From Octopus sinensis (lineage: Eukaryota), in the NCBI RefSeq assembly GCF_006345805.1, contig NW_021834199.1, positions 1 to 51,080 of the forward strand: a stretch of 51,080 bases of DNA, written 5' to 3'. The number at the start of each line of letters is the position of its first letter. Within the stretch, counting starts at the first letter, position 1. The notes under the pieces are model-generated. The model was not told the DNA's origin and did no database searches. It saw only the letters and a program-made list of their open reading frames with translations. The translations under genes were made by a program, and so were the position numbers. Shown here piece by piece: positions 48,800 through 51,080 of this stretch.

Positions 48800-49264
48800 T
48801 GATCTAATATACTCTTTCTAATTTTGGCACTAGGCCTGTAATTTTGAGGGAAAGAGAAAAGTCGATTCGATCGACGCCGGTATATGACAGTCTCTTGTTT
48901 TATCGACCCCGCAAGGCTGAAAGGCAAAGTCGCCCTCAGCAGAATATAAAAAGCCGGAAGAAATACTGCTAAGCATTTTGTTCGGTGTGGTAACAATTCT
49001 GCCTGCAAGGTCCCTTTAAGTGATTTGATATATCAACGCAAAAAGTCTCAGATGTTCAAGGGAAGGGAAGCGAGGTTGAGTGGCATTAATTTTTCACACA
49101 GGCATGGCTGCGTGGTAAGGAGTTTGCTTCCCAACCACATGTTTCAAAGTTCAGTCCCATTGCGTGGCACCTTGGGAAAGTGTCTTCTATTATAGCCTCT
49201 GGCCGACCAAACTCCTTGTGAGTGGATTTTATAGAGGGCCACTATGTATATATATGTGTGTGTG

Positions 49265-49306
<42 letters not shown>

Positions 49307-49530
49307 GGAATGAAGTGAGTTGTGTTTTTGTGTCTTTGTTTACCCCCCACCACTACATCACAACGGGTGTTGGTATGTTTACTCCCCGTAACTTAACGGT
49401 TCGGTGAAAGAGACCGGTAGAATATAAGTATCAGGCTTAAAAAGAAAATAAGTTCTGGGGTCGATTAGTTCGACTAAAATTCCTCAAGGAATGAGGAATT
49501 TCAGTCTAGTGACTGAAACAAGTGAAAATA
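48800..49530. mobile_element. SINE family B (-, 48800-49015) and SINE family A (+, 49100-49530)
   Basis: Family consensus motifs as above. Confidence 0.8.
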
Positions 49531-49574
49531 TTTTTTTAAGTGCTGCATCGTATTAAAGGTCTCACCTTCTCTGT

Positions 49575-49850
49575 CCAGAGTAAAAACCCAATATTCTAAC
49601 AGCTTAGGTGTCAAAGACCAACAAAATTTTGAAGACCTTCCCAAAAGGCCTCCAAGATTTACGACATGCTGATGTAGATGTGTTCAAAGAGCAATTGCGG
49701 CAAGAAACGCAGAGAAGGGTAGTTCTGTTCAACTCACTACTTTACCAGTGCCAATTCCAGGGACAGGACAGGGAAATGAGTTTAAAAACAAGAAAGCATT
49801 GACGTTGATGACAATACCCCAGTATGGCCGCAGCCTCTGGCTGGTACTGA
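49575..49850 (+). mobile_element. CR1/L2-group LINE 3' end
   Basis: LKTFPKGLQDLRHADVDVFKEQL...NSLLYQ, then the tail ccccagtatggccgcagcctctggctg. Confidence 0.6.
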
Positions 49851-50489
49851 TAACGGAATTCTTGAATAATAGAATAGGAAGAATAAGTAATAGGTAGAGG
49901 TTAAGAATTGGAACTAGGGTTGCAGTCTCTAATATTAGATACTTAACAATTAGTTAAATCATTACTATTGCACTAACATGGCAAACACTTCTGCAATTGA
50001 GTCAACGAATGGAACTATACATGGTCACTTAAAATACTAGAAATAGCAACCAAACTTCTTTGGATTTACACTCTACTACGTTCATGTTTTAAAGAAGGCA
50101 ATGCAAGTCCAGGTTATGCGAAAATACAAGGAGGGTTTTGATCAAAGATCAGCACGTTTAAAAGATAGCTTGAGGCTTAAACAACAAAAAAAGAACTCTT
50201 TTCTGTTGGTTGCCGTTAAAATATTAACGACAATAACGACGTTGGTAGGGCAACAACAACAACAACAACAGCTGTAGTTACAGCAGCAACTGCAGCGACA
50301 ACAGCAGCAGCTACAACGACAAGAACATCAACAGATGCAGCAGTGACAAGACCATCAGTGCAATAAGCAGCAAGTAAAATGCTGTCTGTTGCAGCTCCAG
50401 CCTTATAATTTCAACAAGTCGTTCACTGTCCAATACGACGCAACGCACTTAGGTGTCAACTTTCTCAGAACTGATGACTAACTCAAACT

Positions 50490-50576
<87 letters not shown>

Positions 50577-50718
50577 AATCTATCTTACTCTGTTGCACAC
50601 ACACACACACACACACACACACCACACACACACACAGGGTCTCTCTCCCACTCACACTTCCTCTAACTCGGCCTATGTCTCTTGCCCCACTCTCTTTGAC
50701 TGCGTTCACTCTATCCTC

Positions 50719-50769
<51 letters not shown>

Positions 50770-50889
50770 TACTCTGTTGCACACACACACACACACACAC
50801 ACAGAGTCTCTCTCTCACTCACACTTCCTCCAACTCGGCCTGTCTCTTGCCCCACTCTCTTTGACTGCGTTCACTCTATCCTCTCACTG

Positions 50890-50922
<33 letters not shown>

Positions 50923-51040
50923 CTTACTCTGTTGCTCTCTCACACACACACACACAGAGTCTCTCTCCCACTCACACTTCCTCTAACTCGGCCTATGTCT
51001 CTTGCCCCACTATCTTCGACTGCGTTCACTCTATCCTCCT
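50490..51040. repeat. Compound minisatellite, three ~160-230 bp units with embedded (CT)n/(CTAT)n/(CA)n
   Basis: cactcacacttcctc.aactcggcct.tgtctcttgccccact.tc.t.gactgcgttcactctatcctc occurs three times. Confidence 0.9.
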
Positions 51041-51080
51041 ATTACATCCCCATTATACATTATATTCTCACTCACTCACT

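Overview
AT-rich, microsatellite-saturated metazoan DNA. The tRNA-derived SINE families, R4/Dong-type LINE remnants and (TA)n/(TACA)n/(TTA)n load suggest a cephalopod, most likely Octopus (inference). No intact host gene is recognisable, and most ORFs in the track are translated microsatellites. The window is a graveyard of mobile elements: four tRNA-derived SINE families, CR1/L2-group, R4/Dong and HERO/NeSL-like LINE fragments, mariner, DD37D (maT) and Chapaev3-like DNA transposons, and Helitrons. The most interesting signal is a set of type I hammerhead-ribozyme (HHR) motifs in short non-coding repeats embedded in microsatellites. One has a canonical core (9752-9848, -), one a U4C core with self-complementary stem III (24204-24251, +), and three are degenerate. 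A relative of the 6011-6052 element folds back into an inverted repeat at the predicted cleavage site (12431-12512). This points to Penelope-like/retrozyme elements whose cDNA ends at the ribozyme cut and self-primes. Also seen: a covarying 3' stem-loop shared by two SINEs and a LINE, a weak multi-exon minus-strand transcript candidate, and several duplications, some probably assembly or haplotype artefacts. All family names come from motif recognition, not database searches.
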